Part shown: positions 24,225 to 24,414 of the stretch, one piece after another
Layout of the letters: each line of letters begins with the position of its first letter
Position numbering within the stretch: position 1 is the stretch's first letter
DNA from: Longivirga aurantiaca
GTDB lineage: Bacteria > Actinomycetota > Actinomycetes > S36-B12 > CAIYMF01
Direction of reading: 5' to 3'
DNA: 24,414 nucleotides
NCBI RefSeq assembly: GCF_042660085.1
Contig: NZ_JBHSTI010000015.1
Location: 1-24,414, forward strand
Translations under genes and position numbers: made by a program
The notes under the pieces: model-generated
Told to the model about the DNA's origin: nothing
The model's input: only the letters and a program-made list of their open reading frames with translations
The model's database searches: none

Positions 24225-24413
24225 TCAACCTATGAGCCGAGTGCACTTGGCCCGGTCGCTGTTGCACTCGACGAAGACGAGCTCCAGGTTGCCCGCCTGC
24301 TCCCGGGCAGCGAAGGACACCGCGAGCGAGTGCACCTCCGCGGCGGTCAGTCCGAGCGCCATGCTCTCCGCCACCGCCGACTCCAGCAGGGCTGCCGCGC
24401 GGTCGCCGTCGAC
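24225..24413 (-). pseudogene. Truncated paralogue of the GntR-type regulator (internal fragment; 5' part outside the window)
   Basis: The minus strand reads VDGDRAAALLESAVAESMALGLTAAEVHSLAVSFAAREQAGNLELVFVECNSDRAKCTRLIG*. It aligns with residues ALLEEAVRESIGLGLSTSEVHSLVMSFAMRAQAERLQIAFVECNADRS of the 4661-5605 protein. Similarity is lost after ECNSDRA, and a stop follows at 24225-24227, inside the TA operator region. Confidence 0.65.
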
Positions 24414-24414
24414 C

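Overview
High-GC, actinobacterial-type DNA. The core (about 4.6-17.0 kb) is an AT-richer catabolic locus bracketed by decayed insertion sequences. It holds a GntR-type regulator, a convergent GAF-GAF-PucR regulator, an aldehyde dehydrogenase, and a divergent seven-gene operon. The operon order is: Kal-like hot-dog aminoacyl-CoA ammonia-lyase, AMP-forming acyl-CoA ligase, MeaB-like G-protein chaperone, split B12-dependent acyl-CoA mutase (559-aa barrel subunit plus 145-aa B12-binding subunit), PduO-type adenosyltransferase, and 3-hydroxybutyryl-CoA dehydrogenase. The mutase has Val/Asp/Gln at the three substrate-specificity positions, closest to 2-hydroxyisobutyryl-CoA mutase (Ile/Asp) but distinct from it. 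Together with the Kal-like lyase, this suggests an undescribed 2-aminoisobutyryl-CoA <-> 3-aminobutyryl-CoA mutase route; an ordinary 2-hydroxyisobutyrate pathway is the conservative alternative. The flanks carry an IS21 remnant without istA, an IS1380 element with a broken transposase, and an IS21 copy nested in a partly deleted IS30 copy, all pseudogenised. They also carry two PuuD-like gamma-glutamyl hydrolase homologues (one with the nucleophile Cys replaced by Gly) and an SDR. The right end holds a decayed, inverted second copy of the cluster (truncated pduO' and gntR'), with a Phd/YefM-RelE/ParE toxin-antitoxin module and TGTACA operators where the cluster core is missing. No rRNA, tRNA or CRISPR was seen. 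All calls come from reading the sequence and the ORF track; no searches were run.
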